Numbered from the stretch's first letter, positions 44,755 to 56,574 are shown. The stretch is 64,000 nucleotides of DNA from an uncultured Phycisphaerae bacterium (GCA_938005315.1 CALLOB010000049.1:5978-69977); one strand, 5' to 3'. The notes: generated from the letters alone by a model not told the origin. Translations and numbers: made by a program.

Positions 44755-45910
44755 TCAGGCCGGTTCGGTGGTCGAGCCGAGATCCTTCCAGTGCACGACC
44801 CGTGGTTCATAAGCGTTCCTGGCCGGATCGACCATCGCCATGCGCCCCATGATGCACATCAGCGTGCTGACGCGGCCGGTCTCGGCGTTGGCGTTCGGCG
44901 TCCGCTTGCCGCCCGATCGGATGTTGGCGACGAAGTCCTGCAGCGACTCGGGCGTGCCCATGTCCCATTTCCTGTCGCTGGCCTCGCCGACGCACTGCTC
45001 CTTCTCGTCGCGCCCGTAGTACATCCCCTGGTTGAGGTCCACCGTGCCCTTCTCGCCGAAGACCGTCAGGATCTCGGCATTGTAACGCCCGGGCAGCAGC
45101 CACAGGTGGGTGTAGGAAAACAGCGTGCCGTCGGGGAACTTGAACACCGTGGCCGAGTGCGTTTCCGAGAAGGCGTTGGGGCCTTCGGGGCGGGGTTTCT
45201 GGCTGAAGCCCATCGAGACGCAGGTGATCGGGTGCTGCTCCTTCATCACCAAGGACATCACGTCGGTGTAGTGCGCGGCCTGCTCGATGAGCCGCCCGCC
45301 GGCGCGGCCGACTGGACGCGCCGCCGGGGTCGAGCGACCAGTGCCAGTCTCCCTGCATAAAGCTCACCCGCCGGAGGATGCCGTCGTGGATCGCCTTGAC
45401 GGCCGACGGATAGCCGACGTGATATCGCCGCTGCGTGCCGGTCTGGAAGATGCCCCTGGACCTGCGGGCCGCCCGGACCATGGCATCGACCTTCTCGACG
45501 GTGGTGTCCATCGGCTTCTCGCAGTAGACGTGAAAGCCCGCCTCGAGCACCGGCTCGGCCACCGCCGCGTGGCTGCACGGCTCGGTGGCGATGATGATGC
45601 CGTCGGGCCGGACCCTGTCCAGCATCTCGCGGAAGTCGGTGAAACCCTCGGGCCTGTCGCGTTGCGCGTCCTTCCGCCCGGCCTCGATCCGCTCGGGCTT
45701 CAGGTCGCAGATCGCCGCGTGCACCGCGTCCGGGCAGGTATCCAGCATGTGTTTCATCAGCCCGGCGGCCCGGCCGCCGTAGCCGATCCAGCCCATTCGG
45801 ACCCTGTCGTTGGCCGGATACCCGCGGGCGGAGCCGGCGGCCAGCGACAGCGCCGGAAGACCGGCGGCTGAACGGCGGAGGAACCCGCGACGTGACAACC
45901 TCGGCGCCAT
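44755..45910 (-). pseudogene. Gfo/Idh/MocA oxidoreductase with Tat signal, interrupted by a frameshift near 45301-45335
   Basis: N-terminal frame (ATG 45910, GGAAGGAGAG RBS): MAPRLSRRGFLRRSAAGLPALSLAAGSARG, MGWIGYGGRA, YCEKP, ...FMQGDWHWS. The C-terminal half GGRLIEQAAHYTDVMSLVM...HWKDLGSTTEPA is in another frame (track ORF 44755..45261). Both frames are open across 45301-45360. Confidence 0.6.
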
Positions 45911-46058
45911 GGCGACTCTCCTTCCCGGGCGATGGATTCCGCCCCGTGCCCCAGGCGGCGACCGGCCGGGCCGGATGATAACCCAAAGCCGCAATCCGCA
46001 AAACCCCGCCCGACCGCGCGCTTGACCGGGCGCTGATGCGCCCGCATGATCCCGCGCC

Positions 46059-48917
46059 ATGGATTCCAGGGAAGGCTCACGCGCCGGCGGTGGCGCCGGG
46101 AAAGGTCGCCGGGCAATCACGGCTCTGCTGTTGACCGTTCTGCCGATTGCGGCCATGGCCGGGGCCTGGCGGCTGGGCGGCGTGTCGGCCCTGGAGGACG
46201 ACCTGCTCTACTATCTCCCGGTCCGGGAATACATCGGTCGCTGCCTTGCGGCCGGGACGTTGCCGCTGTGGAACCCGCTGGTCGCCATGGGCACGCCCGT
46301 GGCCGCCGATCCTCAGGCCGGGCTGTGGTACCCGCCCACATGGCTGTTCGCGGTTCTGCCGTGGCATGCAGCCTATCCGCTCAACAGTGTGCTGCACTTC
46401 GTCCTGGCCGGAGCGGGAATGTATCGGTTTCTGCGGTCCTGCCGCCACGAACCCTCGGCGGCGTTGCTGGGGGCGGCGGCCTTCCAGATGGGCGGCTTCG
46501 TCGTCGCCCATCGGGCCCACCTGACCATCCACCAGGCCGCCGCCTGGCTCCCATGGATGCTCTACGCCTGGCAACGGTACGCCGACACCGCCCGGCCGTG
46601 CCATTTTCGCCTGGCGGTCGCCGCGCTGGGGCTGCAACTGCTCGTCCAGCACCTGCAGGTCACGGCGATCTCGCTGGTCCTGGTGACCGGCTACGTGCTT
46701 GTGGTGCTGGCGCCGCGCCGGCCGTCGCTGTGGTGGGAGTTCCCGTCGGCGGTCTGCCTGGGCACGGCCCTTGCCGCCGTACAGCTTGTCCCGGCGTGGC
46801 GATCCTTCTCCGCCAGCGGGCGGGCCCTGCCGGCCTATCACCTCTTCATCGAGAACGCCTGGCACCCGCTCTCGGCGGTGCTGCTGCTTTTCCCCATGTT
46901 GTTGGGAGCGCGCACGCCGCTGGAGGGCTGGACGCAGCCGTGGTGGGGGTTGTCGCACTTCTGCGAGCAGTCGGCCTACGCCTCGGTGGTTGTGCTGACG
47001 CTGGCGGTATCGTCCCTTGGCCTCTTGAGATGCCGGCCCGGCGGGACGGAAGGCGGGAGATGGCGGCTGAACCGGGACATCGCCTTCTGGTGGCTGGCCA
47101 TCCTCGGGGCGCTGATGGTGGCCCTGGGCGACGCGACGCCGGTCGGACGACTGCTGTTTCACGTCCCCGTGTACCGCAACTTCCGCGCCCCGGCACGCTG
47201 GATTCTGGTCTGGTCCGTGGCCGTGCCCGTGCTGGCGTCCGCCGCGGCCAGTGCGATGCTGAGCGCGGGCGGACCGCCCGAGAGCCTCTCCCGGCGCGTG
47301 CGGAGAGCGGCGACGTGCTGGATCCCCCTGGCGGCGACCGGGTGCCTGGCAGCGCTGGCGACGGCCCGCTGGCAGATCGACGAGCTCACGCGGCGCTACG
47401 GCGACCGTTACCACGCCGCGCAGGCCTTCCAGGGACTCCGTGACGCGGCGCGATGGGACAACCCGGCCGTGCTGTGGCCGGTGGCCCTGGTCGCGGTCTG
47501 CGCCTGGCTGCTTCGGCGGTGGGTCCGCAAGCCGGCGTCCGGGACGTGGGCGGCGGTGGTCGGCGCGGCCATCGTGGACCTGGCCGTGGTGGCCGGTCTG
47601 GTGGACATCGACCGGCACACCTATCGACGGGCCGACCTGCTCGAACCACCGCCGCTGGCCGGGGTGATCCGGGCCGCACAACTGCAACCCGGGCAGAGGC
47701 TGCTGGTCCCGCGCGAGCAGGCGGATTATGCCCGGCCGGTGGAGGTGCTCAGCCCCCAGACCAACCTGCGCTGGGACATCCCGGTTTTCAACGGCTACGG
47801 CCCAATCTGGCCGGTGGCCGGACGGCTGCTCTTCGGTTTCGCCCCGTGGGGCTCCAGCGAGGGGATGCTCGAACTGCTCCGCAATCGTCCGCTGATGCAG
47901 GCCATGGGTATCCGTTTCCTGGCGGCGCGGAGCCGGCAGGAACGGGATCTGATCGATGCGGCGCTGACGCCGCCGGTCGAGGATCCGCCCGTTTCCGCGC
48001 TCTTCGCGGCCGGGGACGCGCCGGCGGCGGTCGTCGCCGGCAGCGACCTGCTCTGGCCGGCGAAGCTCGACGGGCCGGGGCTCTATGAGTTGGATCTGGA
48101 AGTCGAACCGCTGCGCGGGGAGGCTGGCCGATGGTTCGTGCGTCTGGAGGATGAACAATGCCGGGGCCTGACCAGCACGCGCTGCTATGAGCCGGCCGAT
48201 CTTGCTCTGGGGCCCAGACGGTTGAGACCGGTTTTCCGGGTCGATGCGGATGCACGAAGCGCGATCGTCCGGGTCAAGGCCGAACGCGGCCGGCCGGTGA
48301 TCGTCCGACAGGCGACCCTCCGGCGAATCACGGACCCGGTGGTTCCTGCCGGACAGCACGCCTCGCGGAATACCGGCGGCTGGTTGCGCCATCCGGACAT
48401 CGACGGCGGCATCAGCCTGTGGGAATTGCCCGACCCGGCCCCTCTGGCTTATCTGGCTGCGGAGGTTGAACCTGTTGCAGGGCTGGGCCAGGCCGTAGCC
48501 GCCCTGGAGGCCTGGAGCCGAACAAAACCGCGTCCCCTGACCGCGGTGGTTGAGGGTTGGCCTGCGGATTGCCCGCCTATGCCCGTCCGGACGGGCGGTG
48601 TGCGGATCGATCGTGCCGCGGGGCACGAGATTGTGCTGACGGCAGACGCCCCCGACGGCGGCCTGCTGGTGCTCAATCAGACTTGGGATCCGGGCTGGTC
48701 CGCCTGGATTGACAACCGGCCCTGCCCCGTTTTGAGAGCGAATGCCGTCTGCCAGGCTGTCGTGGTACCCCCCGGCGGTCGAGAGGTCCGGTTCGCGTAT
48801 CGCCCGGGGGGTCTGGCCGTCGGCCTGGTGATTTCGGCGGGCGCCGCGGCGATCGTGGTCGCGGGGTTCACGGGGGTTCGGTGGGACGCTAAACTTTTGC
48901 GGCGGTTGGACGTATAA
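46059..48917 (+). CDS. YfhO-family polytopic membrane protein (putative glycosyltransferase)
   Basis: 952 aa with many TM helices in the N-terminal ~480 aa. LPLWNPLVAMGTPVAADPQAGLWYPPTWLF is YfhO-like. Confidence 0.6.
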   Translation: MDSREGSRAGGGAGKGRRAITALLLTVLPIAAMAGAWRLGGVSALEDDLLYYLPVREYIGRCLAAGTLPLWNPLVAMGTPVAADPQAGLWYPPTWLFAVLPWHAAYPLNSVLHFVLAGAGMYRFLRSCRHEPSAALLGAAAFQMGGFVVAHRAHLTIHQAAAWLPWMLYAWQRYADTARPCHFRLAVAALGLQLLVQHLQVTAISLVLVTGYVLVVLAPRRPSLWWEFPSAVCLGTALAAVQLVPAWRSFSASGRALPAYHLFIENAWHPLSAVLLLFPMLLGARTPLEGWTQPWWGLSHFCEQSAYASVVVLTLAVSSLGLLRCRPGGTEGGRWRLNRDIAFWWLAILGALMVALGDATPVGRLLFHVPVYRNFRAPARWILVWSVAVPVLASAAASAMLSAGGPPESLSRRVRRAATCWIPLAATGCLAALATARWQIDELTRRYGDRYHAAQAFQGLRDAARWDNPAVLWPVALVAVCAWLLRRWVRKPASGTWAAVVGAAIVDLAVVAGLVDIDRHTYRRADLLEPPPLAGVIRAAQLQPGQRLLVPREQADYARPVEVLSPQTNLRWDIPVFNGYGPIWPVAGRLLFGFAPWGSSEGMLELLRNRPLMQAMGIRFLAARSRQERDLIDAALTPPVEDPPVSALFAAGDAPAAVVAGSDLLWPAKLDGPGLYELDLEVEPLRGEAGRWFVRLEDEQCRGLTSTRCYEPADLALGPRRLRPVFRVDADARSAIVRVKAERGRPVIVRQATLRRITDPVVPAGQHASRNTGGWLRHPDIDGGISLWELPDPAPLAYLAAEVEPVAGLGQAVAALEAWSRTKPRPLTAVVEGWPADCPPMPVRTGGVRIDRAAGHEIVLTADAPDGGLLVLNQTWDPGWSAWIDNRPCPVLRANAVCQAVVVPPGGREVRFAYRPGGLAVGLVISAGAAAIVVAGFTGVRWDAKLLRRLDV

Positions 48918-49117
48918 CTGCCTGGTGCCCGGTGGTCGGCGGGACTCGAACGATTCGGACCCGGCCGGGGAGCTTGGAACTGACAGGTCGGGAGACCATC
49001 GGGCGTCTAACGTTTCAAGGGAGGCATCAGCCCGGACCCCGACGGGTCGCAGGCTGGACTGCGGTGCTCGTACGGGATGCCCGCCCGGAGCGGGCGCATC
49101 AACAGGAGGTCGATCCG

Positions 49118-50692
<1,575 letters not shown>

Positions 50693-50856
50693 CGCGCAGC
50701 GCGCGCGGGCTGATCGCTCATGCCTCGTGAGCTGGTGGCGTGCATGGCCCTGACGTGCCGCGCGCACAGAAGGAGCGAGGCTGCGGACGCGCAATGGCGC
50801 AATCGCGCCGCCGGCCATGGCTTCGACCGGCGGCTTCGGCGGGGGATGTCATCCTT

Positions 50857-50876
50857 CGCGGGGGATGCCCCCCGCG
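50857..50876. terminator. GC hairpin between convergent genes (possible bidirectional terminator)
   Basis: CGCGGGGG-ATGC-CCCCCGCG forms a perfect 8-bp stem. There is no U-tract on either strand. Confidence 0.3.
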
Positions 50877-50910
50877 GTTCGGCCCGATGCCGGGGGCCCG
50901 GGCAGGCCGT

Positions 50911-51135
50911 TCACGACGACCGCGGGCCTGCCGAGCGCGCGCGGCCGTGCAGGAACGCGTCGAGCCGCTCGAACATCCTGCTGCGCTCCTCGGGGCGGCT
51001 CTCCAGAAACTGCAGCAGGGCCGCGGCCACCACCTTTTCCTTCACATAGCCGGATTTCGCGCAATCCCGGTCGAAGGCAGCCACCAGCCTGGCCGGCAGG
51101 TAGTATGATCGTTTGGGTTTCTGGGCGTTCTGCAT
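50911..51135 (-). CDS. Small protein, possibly ribbon-helix-helix (CopG/Arc-like)
   Basis: 74 aa with AGGAGTGAGGC RBS. KRSYYLPARLVAAFDRDCAKSGYVKEKVVAAALLQFLE fits a strand-helix-helix pattern by eye. Confidence 0.45.
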   Translation of the reverse strand: MQNAQKPKRSYYLPARLVAAFDRDCAKSGYVKEKVVAAALLQFLESRPEERSRMFERLDAFLHGRARSAGPRSS

Positions 51136-51391
51136 GCCTCACTCCTGGCGCGCCGGCCGGCGGTCCGAGCCCGCCCGGCCGTGGGTGGGTCACGGCAACC
51201 GCCGCCGGGGCCGACGTCGCGGGTGACCGTGCTGGTTCGCGGACGGCTCCGGTTCGGCGACGGGCAGCCCTGATTGCAGGTCTCACGCGGCATTATGCTG
51301 CAAGCGGTCCGCGGTGTCCAACGGCCCGGATCGCGTTTCAGCCTGGTCCGCACGCCTCTACGCGGCGGCTTGCACGGGTTGTCGTCGGCGG

Positions 51392-51419
51392 TTGACTTGC
51401 AGGTTCCGCGGGCTATAAT
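51392..51419 (+). promoter_or_regulatory. Near-consensus sigma70-type promoter upstream of the LptD-like gene
   Basis: TTGACT (51392-51397), 16-nt spacer, TATAAT (51414-51419). Confidence 0.5.
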
Positions 51420-51549
51420 CGCCGCCGCTCTAAACACGCCGGCCATTGATGTTTGCGCGTCTCCACGCGCGGCGGGGCGCGCGGTCCGGACGGCATGCGA
51501 GCGCGTCGGCTTCGAGATCCTGAACCGCCCCAGTTGAGGTTGATGCCCG

Positions 51550-54477
51550 GTGCGATGTCTGCGCAGGCCGGTGGCTCGAGGTCTTCTGGCCGCGGCACTG
51601 TGGTGCCTGCCGGCGGCCGCGCAGGTGCCGTCCTTGGTGCCGCTGGATGACGTATCCGAGACCGAGCCGTTGGCCCCGGTCGGGGTCACGCTGGCCGCGC
51701 CGGAGTTCTTCGGCAACTACGCCCACGTCTGGAAGCTCGACACCGGCGAGCAGGTGATGCAGTACTACGGCGATTTCGCCGTGCACGTCGGCGAGCGGCG
51801 CCTCCGCAGCCGCGACGCGGTGGTCTGGATGCAGCGCTGCCTCTGGCAGGGGCAGAGCTATTACCACTTCGACGTGTTTCTCTCCCGCCAGGCCTGGATC
51901 CGCGACGGCGCCGGAACGGTGACCACCGGTCCGACGCTGTTCGTGACCTTCAACACCTCGCAGCCCCCGCAGATCGCCGCGGACGTGTTCACGGAGGTCC
52001 CTTCCGACCAGACCCCCCTGTACGCCGAGGCGGCAATCGTCCGGGCCCGACTGCTCGGCCGCGGTGCGGCGGCGACCGGACCGGCGGAGATGCAGGTGAT
52101 TGAGCCCGGTTCCGAGCCGCAGGTCCCACGGCCCCGGTCCCGGCCCATCGTCCGCGTGCGCTGGAAGGGCGACGTCGTCGTGGACCGCGAACGCGGCATC
52201 GCCACCCTGACCCGCGAGGTCTACCTCTCCCAGGGCCTGCTGGACAGCCGCGAGTTCCTCGAACTCCGCGCGGACGCGGCAGTGCTGTTCCTGGCGCCGC
52301 GGCAGGAGCAGGACTCCCAGGCCCGCCCGCCCGGCGAGCCGGGCAGTCCGGCCCTGGAACCCATCGCGACCGAGGAGTCCGCTGCTGGCGAGAGCATTCT
52401 GGCCGACCTGGGCGGCCCCGGTGCCGGGGCCGTGGCCGGGGTGTACATGCGCGGCGACGTGGTCATGAGCCGTGGCGAGCGGATGATCCGTTCGCCGGAG
52501 CTGTACTACGACTTCCAGAACAACCGGGCGCTGATCATGGACCCGGTCATGCGGGCGATGGTGCCGGACCGGAACCTGCCGATCTACGTCCGGGCCGTGC
52601 AGGCCCGGCAGCTCTCGGCCAGCGAGTACGTGGCCAGCAAGGCCCGCATCAGCACCAGTGAGTTCTTCACCCCGCACGTGCACCTGGGGGCCGAGACCGT
52701 CTACCTGACGGACTCCACCCCGCGTGACGCCTCCGGCCGGATCACCGGCGTCCAGGCCGGTACATACCGGGCCTATCACACCACGCTCAACGTCGAGGGC
52801 GTGCCGATCGCCTACTGGCCCTACAGCGCCGGCGACTTTCGCACCGGCGAGGCCGGTCTGCGCTCGCTGCGCGTCGGCTACAACGACGACTTCGGCGCTT
52901 CCGTCGAGTCCAAGTGGTACCTGTTCAACCTCCTGGGGCTGGAGAAGCCCCAGGGCGTTGATGCCCTGCTGCTGGCCGATTACTTCAGCAAGCGCGGGCC
53001 GGGCGTGGGCCTGGATGTGGACTACAAGCGCGAGAACTCCTACGGTATGTTCCGCAGCTACTACATCCACGACACCGGCGAGGACGACCTCGGCCCGTTT
53101 CGTGACGGCACGGTCGAAAATCCCGACCGCGGCCGGATCACCTGGCGGCACCGCCAGTTCCTGCCCGACGGCTGGGAGCTGACCCTCGAAGGCTCGTACA
53201 TCAGCGACGACCACTTCCTGGAGGAGTACTTCCGCAGGGAGTTCGAGACCGAGAAGGATCAGGAAACGCTGGTCTACCTCAAGAAGCAGCGCGACAACTG
53301 GGCCTTCACCGCCCTGGCCCAGTGGCGGATCATGGATTTCCTGACCCAGACCGAGCACCTGCCGGACCTGGGCTTCCACTGGATCGGCGAACCGCTGGGC
53401 GGCCTGGCCAGCCTCTACCACGAGTCCCGCGCGGGCTTCGTGCGCTATCAGCCCGACGAACGCCGCTGGTTCAGCACCTTCAGGCCCGGAGACAACGACG
53501 TCGAGAGCGATCTGACCGCCCGGGCCGACACCCGCAACGAGATCGACTTCCCTCTGCGGCTGGGCAACGTGAACATCGTTCCCTGGGCCATGGCCCGGGC
53601 CGGCTACTGGGACTCCAGCCCGCGCGACGGGTCGCTGGGCCGTCTCCTGGGGCAGGCCGGCGTGCGCGCCGGGTCGCAGTTCTGGCGGCTGTACGACTCG
53701 GCCGCCAGCGAGCTGCTGGACCTCAACGGCGTCCGCCACGTGATCCGCCCCGAGGCCACCGCCTGGATGGCCGCCTCCAACAAGGACAGCTTCGACCTGT
53801 ATCCCTTCGACGACGGCGTCGAGGACATCGACGACTTCCACGGGGCGTCGCTGGCCCTGCGTCAGCGCTGGCAGACCAAGCGCGGCGGTCCGGGCAACTG
53901 GCGGCTGGTCGACTGGATCCGGTTCGATCTGGAACTCAATCTCTTCAGCGGCGAACCCGATCTCGTCGACCCCATCGGACGGTTCTACGAGCATCGTCCC
54001 GAGAACAGCAACCCGCGCAGCCACGTCCGGGCCGACTTCATGTACCGCATCAGCGACACCATGGCCCTGTTGGCGGACATGAACTACGACCTGGAGGACG
54101 GCAGGCTCTCGCTGGCCAACGTCTCGTACGTGGTCGAGCACAGCCCCAGGTACTCCTACGCCCTCGGTCTGCGCCGCATCGAGCACACCGACTCCACCCT
54201 GGCCGGCTTCGGCAGCAACTGGCGGCTCAACGAGAAGCACACCCTGGCCCTGCGGGCCTATTACGACGTGGAACGCAGCGAGCTGGAGATGTTCGACGTC
54301 ACCATCGTGCGCAAGTTCCCCCGCTGGTACGCCGGGCTGACCTTCGAACTCGACGAGATCGAGGACAGCATCGGCGTCAGCCTCTCGGTCTGGCCGGAGG
54401 GAGCCCCCGGTCTGGCCCTGGGCAACCGGCGATACAGCGAGCTCAGCGAGACCACGGCCGTCCGTCCCGAAGACTGA
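51550..54477 (+). CDS. Large outer-membrane beta-barrel protein, LptD/OstA-like
   Basis: 975 aa with GTG start and signal peptide LLAAALWCLPAAAQ. OstA-like N-terminal region. The long C-terminal region has alternating aromatic/polar beta-strand pattern (YSYALGLRRIEH...WRLNEKHTLALRAYYD...WYAGLTFEL). Confidence 0.5.
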   Translation: MRCLRRPVARGLLAAALWCLPAAAQVPSLVPLDDVSETEPLAPVGVTLAAPEFFGNYAHVWKLDTGEQVMQYYGDFAVHVGERRLRSRDAVVWMQRCLWQGQSYYHFDVFLSRQAWIRDGAGTVTTGPTLFVTFNTSQPPQIAADVFTEVPSDQTPLYAEAAIVRARLLGRGAAATGPAEMQVIEPGSEPQVPRPRSRPIVRVRWKGDVVVDRERGIATLTREVYLSQGLLDSREFLELRADAAVLFLAPRQEQDSQARPPGEPGSPALEPIATEESAAGESILADLGGPGAGAVAGVYMRGDVVMSRGERMIRSPELYYDFQNNRALIMDPVMRAMVPDRNLPIYVRAVQARQLSASEYVASKARISTSEFFTPHVHLGAETVYLTDSTPRDASGRITGVQAGTYRAYHTTLNVEGVPIAYWPYSAGDFRTGEAGLRSLRVGYNDDFGASVESKWYLFNLLGLEKPQGVDALLLADYFSKRGPGVGLDVDYKRENSYGMFRSYYIHDTGEDDLGPFRDGTVENPDRGRITWRHRQFLPDGWELTLEGSYISDDHFLEEYFRREFETEKDQETLVYLKKQRDNWAFTALAQWRIMDFLTQTEHLPDLGFHWIGEPLGGLASLYHESRAGFVRYQPDERRWFSTFRPGDNDVESDLTARADTRNEIDFPLRLGNVNIVPWAMARAGYWDSSPRDGSLGRLLGQAGVRAGSQFWRLYDSAASELLDLNGVRHVIRPEATAWMAASNKDSFDLYPFDDGVEDIDDFHGASLALRQRWQTKRGGPGNWRLVDWIRFDLELNLFSGEPDLVDPIGRFYEHRPENSNPRSHVRADFMYRISDTMALLADMNYDLEDGRLSLANVSYVVEHSPRYSYALGLRRIEHTDSTLAGFGSNWRLNEKHTLALRAYYDVERSELEMFDVTIVRKFPRWYAGLTFELDEIEDSIGVSLSVWPEGAPGLALGNRRYSELSETTAVRPED

Positions 54478-54603
54478 GTCATGCAGGTCGGACGGGCCGG
54501 TCGCGACCGTCGCTTCGTGTCGGGATGATCATCGGCCCGCGGTCGGTGACGCCGGCGCCTGGGCCCTGAACGCCCGTTTCGGCGACGGGCCGCTCGGGGG
54601 CCT

Positions 54604-56067
54604 TCAGCCCGGCGGCTTCATGCAGGACAGGATCTCGGACACCGACACGATGGCGATGCTCGTGGCGCTGTCGGCCATGGCGTAGGGGATGATCAGCCGG
54701 TCGCCGTGCAGCAGCGCCCCGCAGGAATACACCACGTTGGGCACGTAGCCGTCGCGTTCCTCCTCCGTCGGCACGATCAGCGGGTCGTGCAGCTGGCCGA
54801 TCACCCGCGAGGGATCGTGCAGGTCCAGCAGCGAGACGCCGATGCTGTAGCGGCGCATCGGTCCGACTCCGTGGGTCAGGAGCAGCCAGCCTTCCGGCGT
54901 CTCGATGGGCGAGCCGCAGTTGCCGATCTGGAAGAATTCCCAGGGGAACCTGGGTTCCTGCAGCCGCACCGCGTTGTTCCAGAAGCGTACGCTGTGCGAA
55001 TGCATCAGGTACATGCTCTCGCCGTCCAGGCGCGACACCATCAGGTACCAGCCGCCGAGCCGGCGAGGAAAAAGCGCCAGGCCCTTGTTGCGGGCATAGA
55101 TGCCGCGCAGGGTCGTCATGCCGATGTACTCGAAGGCCCGCGTCTCCATGAGCTGGGGCATGATCCGTGTGCCGTCGTAGGCCGTGTAGGTGCCGTAGTA
55201 CCAGGTCGATCCGTCGTCCTCCGTGAAGCGCACCAGCCGCATGTCCTCGATGCCGGCCTTCTCGCTGTCGGACACAGGAAAAATCACCACTTCCGCCGGG
55301 TCCACGCCCGGCTCCAGCCACAGCAGGTAATTGGATCGCGCCAAGCGCAGGAGCACTTCGGCCGCCCGGTCGTGGGCCTCGGCCTCGGCTCCGGCCGGGC
55401 GGTCTTCCGCCGCCGCACGCTGCAGGTCCTGGTAGGTGAACTCCTCCGGCAGGCGGTCCAGGATGGCCTGGCCCTCGTCGCTGAAACCGCCGGTCTCGAT
55501 CAGCTTCAGGAAGAAAGTCTGCTTGTCGTAGGGATGGGTTCGCAGCGGCTTGAGCCCCCGTGTGAAGCGGCTGGGCGGATCGAAGCGAATGTCGCCGTCG
55601 GCGGCGATCACGCCGGTGCGGAACACGATCGACGACACATGACCCTCACCCGTGGCCCGCAGGCTCATGATGAACCGCACGGCCCCCGAAGGCAGCCCGC
55701 TCTGGTCCGGCGCCGGAACCATGGACGGATTGAACAGCGCTGCGGCCTCGATGGCGTACTCCATGGTGAAATGCGCCCCGATGAGCAGCTGCCGCGTCGG
55801 GCTGACCGGCGTGCCGTCCAGGAAGCTCTCCACCTCGGCGAAGTTGTGCCGCCAGCTGGTCTCGATGTCGCGGTGACGGTGGCCGAAATCACGCTTCAGA
55901 TCCGCCAGCGCCTGTTCCGCCTCCTTCTCCGGGAGGCTCATGATCCGGGCGATGATGGCCCGCGTCCGACGCTCATCGCCGGGCGTGAACAGCCGGGTGA
56001 TCACGCGGTGCCGGTTGGGCGCGAACGTCTGCCCCCAGCGTACGACTGTCGGTGTCCTCCGCGGCAT
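54604..56067 (-). CDS. GH130-family glycosidase/phosphorylase with N-terminal helical extension
   Basis: GSPIETPEGWLLLTHGVGPMRRYSIGVSLLDLHDPSRVIG...GYVPNVVYSCGALLHGDRLIIPYAMADS. Start chosen at the Met after GAGGTG; the track ORF upstream part is Arg/Pro-rich noise, and an alternative start lies at 56142. Confidence 0.7.
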   Translation of the reverse strand: MPRRTPTVVRWGQTFAPNRHRVITRLFTPGDERRTRAIIARIMSLPEKEAEQALADLKRDFGHRHRDIETSWRHNFAEVESFLDGTPVSPTRQLLIGAHFTMEYAIEAAALFNPSMVPAPDQSGLPSGAVRFIMSLRATGEGHVSSIVFRTGVIAADGDIRFDPPSRFTRGLKPLRTHPYDKQTFFLKLIETGGFSDEGQAILDRLPEEFTYQDLQRAAAEDRPAGAEAEAHDRAAEVLLRLARSNYLLWLEPGVDPAEVVIFPVSDSEKAGIEDMRLVRFTEDDGSTWYYGTYTAYDGTRIMPQLMETRAFEYIGMTTLRGIYARNKGLALFPRRLGGWYLMVSRLDGESMYLMHSHSVRFWNNAVRLQEPRFPWEFFQIGNCGSPIETPEGWLLLTHGVGPMRRYSIGVSLLDLHDPSRVIGQLHDPLIVPTEEERDGYVPNVVYSCGALLHGDRLIIPYAMADSATSIAIVSVSEILSCMKPPG

Positions 56068-56177
56068 GGATCCGCACCTCGCCGCAACATCCGGGCCCGG
56101 CGACCGGGCTTCTTCGACCGTCCGGACCGCGCCCTCTATCATCGGCCGGTCCGCGCCCCCGTCATCAAGGAGCCGGT

Positions 56178-56453
56178 ATGCGGTTACCGGAACCGGCCGT
56201 CTGTGCCGTCTTCGTGGTCCTCCTTCCGGCGTTCCTCTGCGGTTCTGCGACCGGGGACCGGGAACCCGCCTCTTCTGCAACAGCCTACGTCGGCGATCCG
56301 GCCGCCGTCCAGCAGATGCTCGACCAGACCCGCGCCGCCGGCGGAGGCCCCGCCCGGTGGCCCGCCGGCCGGTACCGGATCGACCGGCCCCTAGAGGTGC
56401 CCGCGGGCGTCTGCCTGGCCGGGGCGGGGGCCCGCTCGGCCGGTCTCTCATGA
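56178..56453 (+). pseudogene. Truncated N-terminal fragment (91 aa) of a pectate-lyase-fold (right-handed beta-helix) protein
   Basis: AAGGAG RBS and signal peptide MRLPEPAVCAVFVVLLPAFLCG. GDPAAVQQMLDQTRAAGGGPARWPAGRYRIDRPLEVPAGVCLAGAG matches the Pectate_lyase_3 N-terminal motif. A stop follows, and no continuation was found in any frame. Confidence 0.5.
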
Positions 56454-56538
56454 CCGCGCGTCGCTCATGAGAAGTGCGCGGGTCACGGACAGCCACGGAC
56501 GCAGGGCAACTCACGATCGCGCTTCGGGCACAAGGAGT

Positions 56539-56574
56539 GTGCCCCGCCGGAAGGGGTGACTTCCAGCGGGGCAC
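56539..56574. other. Strong 15-bp hairpin between convergent genes, with a competing upstream pairing partner
   Basis: GTGCCCCGCCGGAAG-GGGTGA-CTTCCAGCGGGGCAC has one mismatch. The left arm GTGCCC can alternatively pair with GGGCAC at 56526-56531. Confidence 0.6.

Noticed and set aside
54604-56574. Full 656-aa version of the GH130 ORF
   Set aside because: The first ~170 residues are Arg/Pro/Gly-rich noise and overlap the divergently transcribed beta-helix gene fragment and its RBS. A Met with a GAGG-type RBS at 56067 gives a protein of family-typical organisation.
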